NCBI GenBank assembly: GCA_044354985.1
Contig: JBIKYZ010000002.1
Span: forward strand, 2,324-66,323
Direction of reading: 5' to 3'
Source: Pseudanabaena sp.
GTDB lineage: Bacteria; Cyanobacteriota; Cyanobacteriia; Pseudanabaenales; Pseudanabaenaceae
Length of the DNA stretch: 64,000 nt
The position numbers and the translations under genes were made by a program. The notes under the pieces are model-generated. The model was given only the letters and a program-made list of their open reading frames with translations. It had not been told where the DNA came from and made no database searches. Positions 1 to 9,645 of this stretch are shown here, piece by piece; the stretch's first letter is position 1, and each line of letters opens with the position of its first letter.

Positions 1-202
1 TTAGTAGGATTTTCAGCCGATTTTGCTGATTTATAAGAAGATAAAGAGTCAGTCATGCAAGTTTATGAGGTTCAGGCTTTCTTCGTGAATCTTGATAAAA
101 CTCAACAGAAGTATTTGTAATAGTTAGAAATCATATTAAGAGCAGTTCTAGATTTGGTTTGGAGATTTAACAATTTCTTCGCGTTAGGTATTTACACCGA
201 TC

Positions 203-234
203 AAAAAAAACACCGCGAAGCTGTGTTTTTTTTT
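203..234 (-). terminator. Hairpin with flanking A/T runs just 3' of the Spy-like gene
   Basis: A8-CAC / CGCGAAGCT / GTG-T9 lies 10 nt past the CDS end at 245. It could terminate transcription in either direction. Confidence 0.5.
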
Positions 235-244
235 GATTTCATTG

Positions 245-841
245 CTATAGATTGTCTAGACGTTTTTTGAGGCGGTTTTCAATACGGTCTTTCATGCTCT
301 CTCTCGGATGATTTGGGCGATTTTTTTGCATGATTTCTTTGAGTTGCGAGCGCTGTTGTGGGGTCAGGATTTCACGCATGGCTAGCATTCTCTCAAAATG
401 TTGCTTGCGTAATTCTTGCTGAAGGTTTAGCACTTGATTATGTTTTGCCCTAATTACGTCACTGCTCTCAGACCCACCGAGTAAATCTCGTAACTCAGTA
501 TTTGCTTGACGAGATTGCTGTGCAAGTTCTTGAATACGAGCAAGATCGCGATCGCGAATTGCCTTAATCTTTTGTAACTGCTCAGTTGATAAATTTAATT
601 GTTTGAGCATCCTACCTGACGGCATATCGCCACTTTCAGCACGATCTGGACGATTGGGTACTTGGGCTAATATTTCGGGTTCTGAATCAGGCTTATTTTC
701 AGGGATAGCTTGAGATTGTGCTTGAATTTGAGATTGCGCCGATTGCGACTGTAAGTTGGCATTACTAGCCCAAATAGCACCAGTGACCGCAACTACAGCG
801 GAAGCGATCGCACAATATTGAAAAATTTTTGATTTAAACAT
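245..841 (-). CDS. Periplasmic Spy/CpxP/ZraP-type (LTXXQ-motif) stress protein
   Basis: The ATG at 841 follows a GGAGAA SD and opens a signal peptide (MFKSKIFQYCAIASAVVAVTGAIWA). The protein is Q/E/R-rich and helical, with LSTEQLQKIK and LTPQQRSQLKEIM motifs. The longest ORF would start at 886. It is the last gene of the ECF operon. Confidence 0.55.
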   Translation of the reverse strand: MFKSKIFQYCAIASAVVAVTGAIWASNANLQSQSAQSQIQAQSQAIPENKPDSEPEILAQVPNRPDRAESGDMPSGRMLKQLNLSTEQLQKIKAIRDRDLARIQELAQQSRQANTELRDLLGGSESSDVIRAKHNQVLNLQQELRKQHFERMLAMREILTPQQRSQLKEIMQKNRPNHPRESMKDRIENRLKKRLDNL

Positions 842-857
842 AATATTTCTCCTCTGT

Positions 858-1301
858 TTACTCATAGTCAAGAGGTGATAAATCACTCAAAAGCTGCGTA
901 TCTGTTGAAGTAGGTGCATTAACCGCTTGATAGGTTGTGTCATTGGTCATATTCCAACTGCTGATCAGCGACTGCTCGATCTCAGCTTTTTCAGATTCGC
1001 TAATACTTGCCATTTGATACTGAGATCGGTTCGTTACCCAGTTAAAAGTAATCCCTGCAGCGATCGCGGCGGGGATCAATAAAGCCCAAGGTAGCCAACG
1101 GCGTAAATTTGCTTTAGAGGATTTTGGCGATCGCTGTGGATATTTACTGATTTCGGCAAATAGCTGTTTCTCAAAATTTGGGGCTGGAAGAGGGGCGATC
1201 GGTTTATTTTGTTTGAGAAAAGTCAATAAGGAGTCATCAGAATTTTCACTAGGGTCTTCGCCAAAGTGTTCTGGAAAATCTTGAGAATATTTGTTTTTCA
1301 T
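858..1301 (-). CDS. Putative membrane-anchored anti-sigma factor
   Basis: ATGA overlap with the upstream ECF sigma gene. Cytoplasmic N-terminus, one TM segment (WLPWALLIPAAIAAGITF) and a short periplasmic tail. The assignment is mainly positional. Confidence 0.45.
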   Translation of the reverse strand: MKNKYSQDFPEHFGEDPSENSDDSLLTFLKQNKPIAPLPAPNFEKQLFAEISKYPQRSPKSSKANLRRWLPWALLIPAAIAAGITFNWVTNRSQYQMASISESEKAEIEQSLISSWNMTNDTTYQAVNAPTSTDTQLLSDLSPLDYE

Positions 1302-1918
1302 AACTCGACTCCTTGCGCTTCTAAAAACTTTTTGATGGCACTACGGGCATGAAATAACCGCGATTTCACCGTGCCGACAGGAATAGATAAAATTTCGGCG
1401 ATATCTTTTTGCGGTAACTCCTCTAGATCATGCAGAACCAATACAGCGCGATGATCTTCACTTAGCTTTGCTAAACCGCGTTGCATTATGTCTTGATAAT
1501 GCATTTGGGTTAAGCTCGGTTGCAAATCACTTTCACGGGCGATCGCATCGTCAGCAAGATTTTCTAATTGATCATCTTCGACAGAGATATTTCGCGATCG
1601 CATTTTGGCTAAAGCTTTACGGCGATCACTCGCCACATTAAAGGCAATTCGATAGAGCCAAGTGGAAAACTGGGCGGACTGTCGAAATTTGGCTAGTCCT
1701 TTCCATGCCCGTAAAAAAACATCCTGCACCAAATCATCTAGCCCATCGGAGCCACATAGCTGGTAAAGCGTAGAGCGAACCTTGTGATGATGACGTTGAT
1801 ACAGTTTTTTAAAACCATGGGGATCACCTTGCAAGCAAGCTTGCACAATCGCGAGATCGGGATCGAGCTGAGGTGATTCTCTAATATCTGTTTTTTCTGT
1901 TTTTACCGCTCTGAACAT
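1298..1918 (-). CDS. ECF-type RNA polymerase sigma-70 factor
   Basis: Region 2 (DLVQDVFLRAWKGLAKF) and region 4 HTH (LPQKDIAEILSIPVGTVKSRLFHAR) motifs. Confidence 0.85.
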   Translation of the reverse strand: MFRAVKTEKTDIRESPQLDPDLAIVQACLQGDPHGFKKLYQRHHHKVRSTLYQLCGSDGLDDLVQDVFLRAWKGLAKFRQSAQFSTWLYRIAFNVASDRRKALAKMRSRNISVEDDQLENLADDAIARESDLQPSLTQMHYQDIMQRGLAKLSEDHRAVLVLHDLEELPQKDIAEILSIPVGTVKSRLFHARSAIKKFLEAQGVEL

Positions 1919-2032
1919 CTATGGCGAACATCCGTATGAGCATCTATACTTGGTGAGGCAATATTGGCGGGTTTAACTTATTTCTAAGTTATTAGTTTTG
2001 ACCGCCATAACCTTAATTAGGTTCAATTCACA

Positions 2033-2533
2033 ATGTCTGCTGTTAGTTCTGTATTAATTCCTATTATTAAACTATGGTTGCGATCGCAGGTCGAGCATAT
2101 CGAAACCATCGAAATTGCGATCGCTGGCAAAAGTCGTCAAATTTTAAGTGGTGACATCCCCAAAGCAACAGTCATCGGCGCAGGAGCCAAATATAAAGGT
2201 TTAGCAATAACCAATATCGATTTGTGTGCCGAAGCTATTCATCTAAATATTTCCCAAATCATCAAAGGTGAGGCTTTACGATTAATTGATCCCATCCACG
2301 TCACAATGGATGTAGAGCTTTCGTCCGAGGATCTGCAAAGTTGCCTCAAGTCACCGATTTTCTTAGAAGCGATCGCTGCTGATACACCTCCCGTAGCCAA
2401 CAGCGATCAGGAGATTCACGCATTACTAGAAACCCTTGTGCATAAACTCGGCGATGAATTTACACTCCATGAACTAGCGATCGCCGATGGCTGTGCAAAA
2501 TGTCGTGGTGAATTCGCGATCGCTGCAACCTAA
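2033..2533 (+). CDS. DUF2993 (LmeA-like) family protein
   Basis: The N-terminal pattern (IIKLWLRSQVEHIETIEIAIAG...LSGDIPKATVIGAGAKYKGL) resembles DUF2993 proteins common in cyanobacteria. Confidence 0.45.
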   Translation: MSAVSSVLIPIIKLWLRSQVEHIETIEIAIAGKSRQILSGDIPKATVIGAGAKYKGLAITNIDLCAEAIHLNISQIIKGEALRLIDPIHVTMDVELSSEDLQSCLKSPIFLEAIAADTPPVANSDQEIHALLETLVHKLGDEFTLHELAIADGCAKCRGEFAIAAT

Positions 2534-2595
2534 AAAAATCATAAAGGTACGCTAGTGCTTTTATGATTAATCCAAGCCCTCTGTGATCCCTATAA

Positions 2596-3117
2596 ATGTC
2601 CCTTGTTAATTTTGTAAATAAATTTCAGCAGTTTGTCTTGATTGTGGTCATCAACTTCGCATATATAGCGATCGCGACTCAGCCTACATGGGCAGCCTCA
2701 TTTGCAGTTAGAGTTTTTGATGGCGATAACATCACCCTTGTCGATCGGGGCATCAAAACTAAAGTACACCTTGCCTGTATAGATGCGCCTGAATTACTAC
2801 AATCCGAGGGACAACATGCTCGCTAAGTGTTACAAAATATTCTTGACGATGAAGAGGTTTACATAAAAGTATTCAAAAAAGATAAATTTGGGCGTTACAC
2901 TGCCGAAGTTTTAGCGGGGGGACAAAATGCTAACAAAGTTATGGTGTCTCTGGGGCTAGCCCATTATGATCCCCTGCAAGAAAAAGACTGCCAAGGCTAT
3001 GAGGAACTGGAAGCACAAGCGCAGAGCGATAGCTTAGGCGTTTGGGCAAATGGGACTGAGGTGATTCTGCCAAGCCAATTTCGGCGTGAAAATAAATTAT
3101 TAGGCGTAGGATATTAA
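2596..3117 (+). pseudogene. Thermonuclease (SNase)-like secreted nuclease interrupted by an in-frame TAA at 2824-2826
   Basis: ORFs 2596-2826 and 2827-3117 share one frame. Joined, the sequence reads ...VHLACIDAPELLQSEGQHAR*VLQNILDDEEVYIKVFKKDKFGRYTAEV...GLAHY, the SNase-fold pattern. The N-terminus is hydrophobic. Confidence 0.6.
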
Positions 3118-3118
3118 A

Positions 3119-3151
3119 CAAAAAAAAGGAGCGTATTACGCTCCTTTTTTT
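3119..3151. terminator. Bidirectional hairpin terminator between the SNase-like gene and rpsU
   Basis: AAAAAAAAGGAGCG-TATT-ACGCTCCTTTTTTTT lies between convergent gene ends at 3117 and 3153. Confidence 0.7.
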
Positions 3152-3152
3152 A

Positions 3153-3344
3153 TTAACTATCGCGACGGCGAAAACGACCTCTACGCTTAGCATTTTCAGC
3201 TTTACGCTTACGTTTTTCGCCTGCGGTCTCATGGTACTGACAGCGACGAATATCTGCTAGTAAGCCAGCTTTCTGGATTTTTTTCTTAAATCGACGCAGA
3301 GCCGATTCAATCCCTTCATTTTCACCAACGATTATTTGAGTCAT
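3153..3344 (-). CDS. rpsU: 30S ribosomal protein S21
   Basis: 63 aa, basic, [39 protein letters not shown]... matches the S21 signature. Confidence 0.9.
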   Translation of the reverse strand: MTQIIVGENEGIESALRRFKKKIQKAGLLADIRRCQYHETAGEKRKRKAENAKRRGRFRRRDS

Positions 3345-3483
3345 GCTTATTTTGGTAGCAAAGTATTGTTCTTAATTATGCTGTAGTTTGGCGCATTTTA
3401 ATTTAGGCGACGGGTATCTAGCTTAGCAAATCTAAGCCAAGATTGTAAAGTCTTATTTTGTAAGTCGCAAATTTAAGTTGGCT

Positions 3484-6225
3484 TTAGGTAACAAAAATGG
3501 CTTTTAACATGCCTTCTTCCTGATCTAGATGTAGCTGAAATCCTAATTTTCGGCAAATACTTTGCATTGCGTGATTGCTACCCAGAATATAACCAACGAT
3601 CGCACTGAGTTTTTCTTCCTTACCAATCTCTATTAGTCTTCTTAATAACTCTGAGCCTAATCCTTGATGCTGATAGCGATCGCTAACGATTAGAGCAAAT
3701 TCGGCTTCGTTTGTACCATGTAACTTACTCAACCTTGCCACCGCCAGAATCTCGTGCTCTGAAGTTTGCAGATTTTTAGAATCAGCGACTAAGAGCATTT
3801 CGCGATCGTAATCAATGAAGCAAATACGGGTTAAGCGCTCATGGGCAATACGCTGCTTGAGCTTAACCATATGCGCATAACGCAAATAGACACTCTCTTC
3901 TGAAAGCCCTTGATGGAACTGAACCATCAAGGGCTCATCTTCGGGACGAATCGGACGAATCGTGAGGCGATCACCTTTTAGGGATTCCCAAGGCTGAACG
4001 TACTTAGAAGGATATGGACGAATTGCAGGAATTGGTCGCTGTGTAATATCTGCATTGTGCAATACTACTCGCGCATCTAGGGCAATCATGCCATCAGGCG
4101 AAACCATTAGAGGATTGATATCAATTTCGCGAATCTGGGGCTGTTCAACGATTAATTGGCTAAAGTTAACCAATAATTGCTCAAGCTTTGCTAAATCGAT
4201 CGCCTTTCTGCCTCTGACTCCTTGCAAAGCTCGATAGATGCGAGTTTGTTCCATCATTCGTCGCGCAAGAGTTGTATTTAAAGGTGGCAAGGCTAATGCG
4301 CGATCTTGAAATATTTCGACTAACTGACCACCCATGCCAAAGAGCATTACTGCGCCAAACTGAGGATCGAGACTGCTACCTAAGATCAATTCATAGCCAT
4401 CTGTCTTGACCATCGGTTGCACAGTTACACCCAAAAAGGCTTGAGGATTTATAGCTCGAACTTTGGATGCGATCGCCATAAAAGCGCGAGTAACGGCTGC
4501 TGCATCTTCCAGATTAAGACGCACGCCACCTACATCCGTCTTGTGCGTGATAATCTCGGAATGGAGTTTAAGAACGACAGGATAACCAAAGCGATCAGCA
4601 ATTTCTACAGCTTCGAGATCGCTCGTAGCGATTTCGGTCGGTACAGTAGGAATTCCATAGGCAGCAAGTAATTGCTTAGATTCATACTCAGTTAGCAAAC
4701 TGCGATCGCTACTGATTGCTGGTGCTAAAATTTGCTCGGCAAGAAGGCGATCTGGTGCATACTGATCGGAGTCCACTGGCAAGGAAGGAGTTTCATAGAT
4801 CCCCCGCAAATTGTAGGTATACCGCCACATGTAGTTAAACAATCTAACGGCAGTATCGGGATAGGGATAGGTGGGAATATTGGCTTGATTGAGAATTTGC
4901 GTACCTGCGGCAATTTCTGCGCCACCCATCCAACTTGTTAAAACTGGTTTGCCTAATTGACTATAAGCCTTGAGCTTTTCCGCAGTCTGCGTAGGGTTAG
5001 TCATCGCTTGCGGAGTCAAGATTACAAGCAATCCATCACTATTGGGATCATTTACCATAACTTCCAAAGTTTTAGCATAGCGATCGCTACTTGCATCGCC
5101 CAAAATATCAATGGGATTATGATGGCTCCATTGCGAAGGCAAAAATTGATCGAGCTGTTGTAATGTCTCTGGAGCTAGTACAGACAATTCACCACCGTCA
5201 CTGATTAGGGCATCCGTTGCGATTGCGCCCGGTCCTCCAGCATTAGTAACAATCGAGAGGCGGTTTCCCTTAGGGCGTGGTTGTTTGGCGAGAATTTCTG
5301 CCATATCAAAGAGATCGGAGATCGTATGTACGCGCAATACCCCACAACGACGGAATGCTGCATTTAGTACTTCATCACTACCCGTCAAAGCTCCTGTATG
5401 AGAGGCTGCCGCTTTCGCCGCCGCTTCTGTATGTCCCACTTTCAATACAATGATTGGTTTATCCATCGCAACTTCACGAGCCGCTGATAGAAAAGCACGA
5501 GCATCACCAATTGATTCCATATATAAAACTATGCTGTGGGTGTGGGGATCATCTCCGAAATATTCAATCAAATCACCCCAGCCAACATCCAGCATTGAGC
5601 CAATGGAAACGAAGGCACTAAATCCCACATTATCGCCAAGGCTCCAGTCTAAAATCGAAGTACAGAGCGCTCCGCTTTGACTAATGAAAGCAACGTTCCC
5701 CGCACGAGTGATCGCTCCTGCAAAGGTGGCATTTAGTCCCGCCAGTGGATTCATGACTCCAAGACAATTCGGTCCAATAATTCGCATCCCACCCAGTCTT
5801 GCTTCAGCGAGAACTTGCTGTTCTAACGCTGCCCCCGCCTCTCCAATTTCTTTGAACCCCGCTGAGACAATTATTGCGCCTTTTACCCCGACCGCCACAC
5901 ATTCACGAATCACCTGAGGAACTGTCGCCGCAGGTGTTGCAATTACAACTAGATCGACGACTTCGGGAACACTAGCAATATCTGGATAGGACTTAATTCC
6001 CAATACACTATGACGCTGGGGATTGACTGGAAAAACAGTGCCACCAAAGGGACTGCGTATTAAATTCCAAAGCAATGTTCTTCCTACACTTCCTTCTCGT
6101 TCACTTGCTCCAATCACAGCAACAGAGCGAGGATGAAAAATACAGTCAAGGGGATGCCGCTGTCTTTTCCAAATATCATGAGCGGGATCGCCAGCACACA
6201 TTTGATTGTTTAAAACTTTCTCCAT
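3484..6225 (-). CDS. Bifunctional ADP-forming acyl-CoA synthetase-like / GNAT acetyltransferase (Pat-type protein acetyltransferase architecture)
   Basis: N-terminal CoA-binding domain ([17 protein letters not shown]), a succinyl-CoA-ligase-like domain, an ATP-grasp domain ([23 protein letters not shown]) and a C-terminal GNAT motif A ([16 protein letters not shown]). Confidence 0.8.
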   Translation of the reverse strand: MEKVLNNQMCAGDPAHDIWKRQRHPLDCIFHPRSVAVIGASEREGSVGRTLLWNLIRSPFGGTVFPVNPQRHSVLGIKSYPDIASVPEVVDLVVIATPAATVPQVIRECVAVGVKGAIIVSAGFKEIGEAGAALEQQVLAEARLGGMRIIGPNCLGVMNPLAGLNATFAGAITRAGNVAFISQSGALCTSILDWSLGDNVGFSAFVSIGSMLDVGWGDLIEYFGDDPHTHSIVLYMESIGDARAFLSAAREVAMDKPIIVLKVGHTEAAAKAAASHTGALTGSDEVLNAAFRRCGVLRVHTISDLFDMAEILAKQPRPKGNRLSIVTNAGGPGAIATDALISDGGELSVLAPETLQQLDQFLPSQWSHHNPIDILGDASSDRYAKTLEVMVNDPNSDGLLVILTPQAMTNPTQTAEKLKAYSQLGKPVLTSWMGGAEIAAGTQILNQANIPTYPYPDTAVRLFNYMWRYTYNLRGIYETPSLPVDSDQYAPDRLLAEQILAPAISSDRSLLTEYESKQLLAAYGIPTVPTEIATSDLEAVEIADRFGYPVVLKLHSEIITHKTDVGGVRLNLEDAAAVTRAFMAIASKVRAINPQAFLGVTVQPMVKTDGYELILGSSLDPQFGAVMLFGMGGQLVEIFQDRALALPPLNTTLARRMMEQTRIYRALQGVRGRKAIDLAKLEQLLVNFSQLIVEQPQIREIDINPLMVSPDGMIALDARVVLHNADITQRPIPAIRPYPSKYVQPWESLKGDRLTIRPIRPEDEPLMVQFHQGLSEESVYLRYAHMVKLKQRIAHERLTRICFIDYDREMLLVADSKNLQTSEHEILAVARLSKLHGTNEAEFALIVSDRYQHQGLGSELLRRLIEIGKEEKLSAIVGYILGSNHAMQSICRKLGFQLHLDQEEGMLKAIFVT

Positions 6226-6428
6226 GCCATTATCCTAAAACTTGATACCAATGCGATTTTCCCACTTAACAAGTAGAACCAGAAATACCTACTCTTTTTC
6301 TCTGATAGTGTTAAATAGGTAGGGATGTGCAGCGCATCGTGCCGCACATCCCTACCATATACCTTTCCTTTTAAGGATCGCCCCTTCTTTGACCTAGGAT
6401 AAAGTACTGGGAGATAAGGGATGGGATG

Positions 6429-6580
6429 TTATTAACTGGTGTTACGTGGAAGATTGTCAAGCCCTCACCCCTAGCCCCTCTCCCGCAGGAGAGGGGAACA
6501 AGGAAATATGGGTTTTGCTCCCCTTCTCCTGCGGGAGAAGGGGTTGGGGGATGAGGGTTCCACTTAACGTCAGTTATTAA
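6429..6580. mobile_element. MITE-like element made of two inverted copies of a ~38-nt GC-rich unit
   Basis: GCCCTCACCCCTAGCCCCTCTCCCGCAGGAGAGGGG (6461-6496) is repeated in inverted orientation at 6521-6559. Outer imperfect inverted ends are TTATTAACTGGTGTTACGTGGAA and TTCCACTTAACGTCAGTTATTAA. Confidence 0.5.
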
Positions 6581-6603
6581 GCCATTTAAGGCATATGTAT
6601 GTC

Positions 6604-6918
6604 TTAACTTACGATGAGAGCGATAAATATTGCCATTACTGTGAGCAAAACAGCAAATACAAATTGAGATTTAGAGCGAAGTAGCTCTTCAGTAGTCAAA
6701 AGAGTAGGCTCTTCGACATACATCGGGGTCAGAATTGCGTAGTTATTCAGCAATCCCTGATCATCTACGGTATAACCGCTTGAGATGGAAATACTTGGAT
6801 TGGGGGTAGGTTCAAAAGTTGTTTCTGTAACTGCTTCTGGAACTTCTACAGAGGGTAGCTCACTGCTATCACTACGACTATCTGCTACCTTCATTTCTTT
6901 GAGATCGATGGTAAACAT
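6604..6918 (-). CDS. Hypothetical tail-anchored membrane protein
   Basis: 104-aa ORF, acidic and Ser/Thr-rich at the N-terminus, with a single C-terminal TM segment (FVFAVLLTVMAIFIALIV). No recognisable family. Confidence 0.35.
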   Translation of the reverse strand: MFTIDLKEMKVADSRSDSSELPSVEVPEAVTETTFEPTPNPSISISSGYTVDDQGLLNNYAILTPMYVEEPTLLTTEELLRSKSQFVFAVLLTVMAIFIALIVS

Positions 6919-7008
6919 ATCGGTGATTCCTCAATGAATAGTTTTATCTTTTCACTCTATAATTATACCATTTTCTCTGGTAGCAGGATAAAAATAGACA
7001 CTGACAAA

Positions 7009-7812
7009 TCAAATATCGCTAGTTAAAATAAAGCGCCAATCACTTTCATCCATACCATGACTGACCAAACTAGCGATCGCATTAGGAAATACATTCTGAT
7101 TTGCAAGGGAGATCGCTAAATCATCATCCCTCGGCACACAGAACATATGGGTATATCCAGCGACGGGAACCGAAATCTCAGTAGGCAGGCGATCGCCCCA
7201 CTGTACATGCAGTAATGGCAACATTTCTCCATTACTTTTTAGCTTTAAATCTTTAATACCTTTTAGAGAGAGATAGGAGATGTTACCGCGATATTCAATG
7301 AGTATCGGTTCTAGCGATCGCATTACTTCCGCATCTACACCATAGATCCCCAATATAGACGAGCAGCGAAACCGCACCAGATTAAACTTCTCATAAACGC
7401 GCACAAGACGATTAGGTTTACCATCGCCTGCATTCATCGATATTGTATAGCCGCGATCGCATTCTCCAATACAGGAAGTCAAAGCATGATGCAAAATCCT
7501 CATCGAAAGATGTTGCCTCTGATAGTCAGGGTGGACTTTTAAATCGCAGAGATACCAAGCTAAACGCACTGGTTGATCCTGACGGTAAGGCACTTGTCTT
7601 AATATTCCTGCGCCAACAGCCGCCACGCGATCGCCATCCAAAGCGGCAAAGTAACTTACAGCACCAAGTCGATCAAAAAAGGCAAAGTAATTATCACCAT
7701 GATCGAGTTGAAAGAAATCATTACCCAATGGATAGAAAGCGGTTTTCTCAATCGCCTCAATTCCTGTCTGAAATAGTGAACGTTCTGCAAACTCAATACG
7801 ATGAAACCTCAT
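7009..7812 (-). CDS. GNAT-like acyltransferase-fold protein (N-terminal half), unknown C-terminal half
   Basis: GNAT motif-A-like YLCDLKVHPDYQRQHLSMRILHHAL. ATGA overlap with the upstream gene. Confidence 0.45.
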   Translation of the reverse strand: MRFHRIEFAERSLFQTGIEAIEKTAFYPLGNDFFQLDHGDNYFAFFDRLGAVSYFAALDGDRVAAVGAGILRQVPYRQDQPVRLAWYLCDLKVHPDYQRQHLSMRILHHALTSCIGECDRGYTISMNAGDGKPNRLVRVYEKFNLVRFRCSSILGIYGVDAEVMRSLEPILIEYRGNISYLSLKGIKDLKLKSNGEMLPLLHVQWGDRLPTEISVPVAGYTHMFCVPRDDDLAISLANQNVFPNAIASLVSHGMDESDWRFILTSDI

Positions 7813-8933
7813 GACCGAAACCCTACTACAACTTCACGATAGAAAAAAGAGCGATCGCTAGCAAGCAATTCCTGACTAAGTGAACGATCAATCGTAATAT
7901 GCTCTGCCATGTTTTCCGCTAAATTATGGTCGCCATTGAGCCTCCGCCCAATGATCGCACCACCCGAATTCAGGCAATAGACTATCTCTTTCAACATTTG
8001 GTGAATGCTGCTCAGAGGCATCCAGTCTGAGATATTAGAAAACTGAATCAAGTCGAATTTCTCTGAAGTGGCGAGTTGCTTAAGGCAATCTACGAAAGCG
8101 CCCTGATGTAGCTGTAATCGCTCTGTCCCTAATGTGCGAATATCATTTTGGGCTGAGGCTTGGAGATAAAGAGGAACTCCCTCTCCTTTGAGATCGGACG
8201 TATAGCGATCGCCCCAGACTTGAGTCAAGAAATAATTCTCATTGGGGATAAAGCGCTGTAAAGCTTGGGCAAATACATCGGCAAAATGCTCGCCAAAGCT
8301 GCGCTCCATCGAGTAGTTAACGGCAGCTTCGCTAAAGGCATCTATGAGGTGATCGCGCTCAAATACCTGCTCAAAAATATCGCGCCATTGTGGTTGCTGA
8401 ATAGCAACTAACTGTTCTTGCAAAGGTTCGATCCCAATCTGGGCAAACTTTTCTGCAAGTTGACGAAATAGTTGTTCAAAGCGTCCGACTTGATTCACTC
8501 CAAACCCTATCTGTTCCAATCTTGCATCCCAAAAAGCTTTTGTACTCGCAGGTAAATTTGGGCTTAAGCTGGCGTAGATACTCAGCCGATTGCGAGCGCT
8601 AGCAGATTTATCTGCACCAATCAACCGCAATTGTTCATCTAAAGATAAATGCAGTAAGGCTTGGCGGCGTAGTTCGACGAGATGTAGTTGGGCGGGATTA
8701 ATATCTACCGCTTCGATTTTGGCGATCGCAGGATGTGATAGCAAACTTAAGGCTGTACAACCACCTGAAGCCACCAAAAGCACCCTAAGCGGTTGCTGTC
8801 GCTTGGCTACCTCTTGGATTACACGCAATTCAACCCGAGGATCTTCACGCACTTGCGAGAAGGCTATTTCTGAGGTGATTGTCGAACTGGAGTCACAAAT
8901 CACGATATAAACTCCAGAAATAGTGAGCACCAA
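7809..8933 (-). CDS. DUF3419 / BtaA-like SAM-binding protein
   Basis: FSQVREDPRVE..., Rossmann-type VLLVASGGCTALSLL, and VDINPAQLHLVELRRQAL resemble the BtaA (SAM:diacylglycerol 3-amino-3-carboxypropyl transferase) family. The start is uncertain: TTG 8933, GTG 8930 or GTG 8903. Confidence 0.6.
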   Translation of the reverse strand: MVLTISGVYIVICDSSSTITSEIAFSQVREDPRVELRVIQEVAKRQQPLRVLLVASGGCTALSLLSHPAIAKIEAVDINPAQLHLVELRRQALLHLSLDEQLRLIGADKSASARNRLSIYASLSPNLPASTKAFWDARLEQIGFGVNQVGRFEQLFRQLAEKFAQIGIEPLQEQLVAIQQPQWRDIFEQVFERDHLIDAFSEAAVNYSMERSFGEHFADVFAQALQRFIPNENYFLTQVWGDRYTSDLKGEGVPLYLQASAQNDIRTLGTERLQLHQGAFVDCLKQLATSEKFDLIQFSNISDWMPLSSIHQMLKEIVYCLNSGGAIIGRRLNGDHNLAENMAEHITIDRSLSQELLASDRSFFYREVVVGFRS

Positions 8934-9645
8934 GCATTAAACCTTGCAATACTTGCCGACGAGTATGCGGATCTTCCCAACCTGCTTCTGCTAATAACAG
9001 CAAGTCTCTCGCATGTTCAGTATCCAGCTTTTCATGGAATGCATAGTGTGACTGACTACCCACTGCCGTCCAGCTACGTTGATATAAAGTTCTGGCGATC
9101 GCCGCACTGATGCCGACATAGAGATGTTCGATCATGCCGAGCATCGCGGCTCCCGATTCTCCTGACTGCATTAGGCAATAGGTCAAAATCGATTGATTAA
9201 ACGCCAATACTGGCATCGTACAAGGCGAATTTAATTCACCTTCAGTTGCCCCCAAAGCGCGAAGGTATTGCTGAAAAGTGTATTTGTGCGATCTCCAGCG
9301 ATCGCCGTGACCATGCTCTTCGGTAATATTTGCTAGTAATGGCAAGCGTGTTTCTAGAGTTTCCGTTCGGGCTAACACCGCAGCTAATGGCTGAGAAAAA
9401 GACTCTACGGCAAAACGAAATGGAAGTTGGCTACGCCTAAAAGAATTGCGATCCGTTAGGGGATCTGCCATCCAGAGCCTATAGGGATGGTTATTAAAGT
9501 CATAAACCTTTGCAATCCACAATACTGTGGATTGCAGAGATGGCATCTCGCTCAAATCTGCAAAGTCTAAGGTCGGATATTGCTGGACTCTCGGATTAGC
9601 GATCGGTTTTGCGATTAAAGTTTGCATATTCATTTCCTGCGTCAA
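8893..9645 (-). CDS. Heme-oxygenase-like di-iron (iron-containing redox enzyme) family protein
   Basis: All-helical, ~250 aa, with carboxylate/His motifs ITEEHGHGDRW, MIEHLYVG and FHEKLDTEHARD. 4-nt overlap with the upstream desaturase gene. Confidence 0.55.
   Translation of the reverse strand: MTQEMNMQTLIAKPIANPRVQQYPTLDFADLSEMPSLQSTVLWIAKVYDFNNHPYRLWMADPLTDRNSFRRSQLPFRFAVESFSQPLAAVLARTETLETRLPLLANITEEHGHGDRWRSHKYTFQQYLRALGATEGELNSPCTMPVLAFNQSILTYCLMQSGESGAAMLGMIEHLYVGISAAIARTLYQRSWTAVGSQSHYAFHEKLDTEHARDLLLLAEAGWEDPHTRRQVLQGLMLGAHYFWSLYRDL

Noticed and set aside
1-56. Possible start of a minus-strand gene running off the left edge (ATG at 56-54: MTDSLSSYKSAKSAENPT...)
   Set aside because: Only 18 codons are visible, and there is no SD sequence or recognisable motif. 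That is too little evidence to call.
2939-3232. 97-aa minus-strand ORF overlapping the SNase-like gene and rpsU
   Set aside because: It crosses the bidirectional terminator and overlaps rpsU out of frame, so it is a shadow ORF. The same reasoning applies to 42562-42846 inside lnt, 13264-13588 inside ycf23, and the short ORFs inside dnaK, psbC, psbD, the GT41 gene and the ABC binding-protein gene.
4055-5917. Several 60-85-aa plus-strand ORFs (4055, 4417, 4732, 4957, 5450, 5684) and the minus-strand ORF 4725-4925
   Set aside because: All lie inside the well-supported 913-aa acyl-CoA-synthetase/GNAT gene, on the opposite strand or out of frame. They are typical shadow ORFs.
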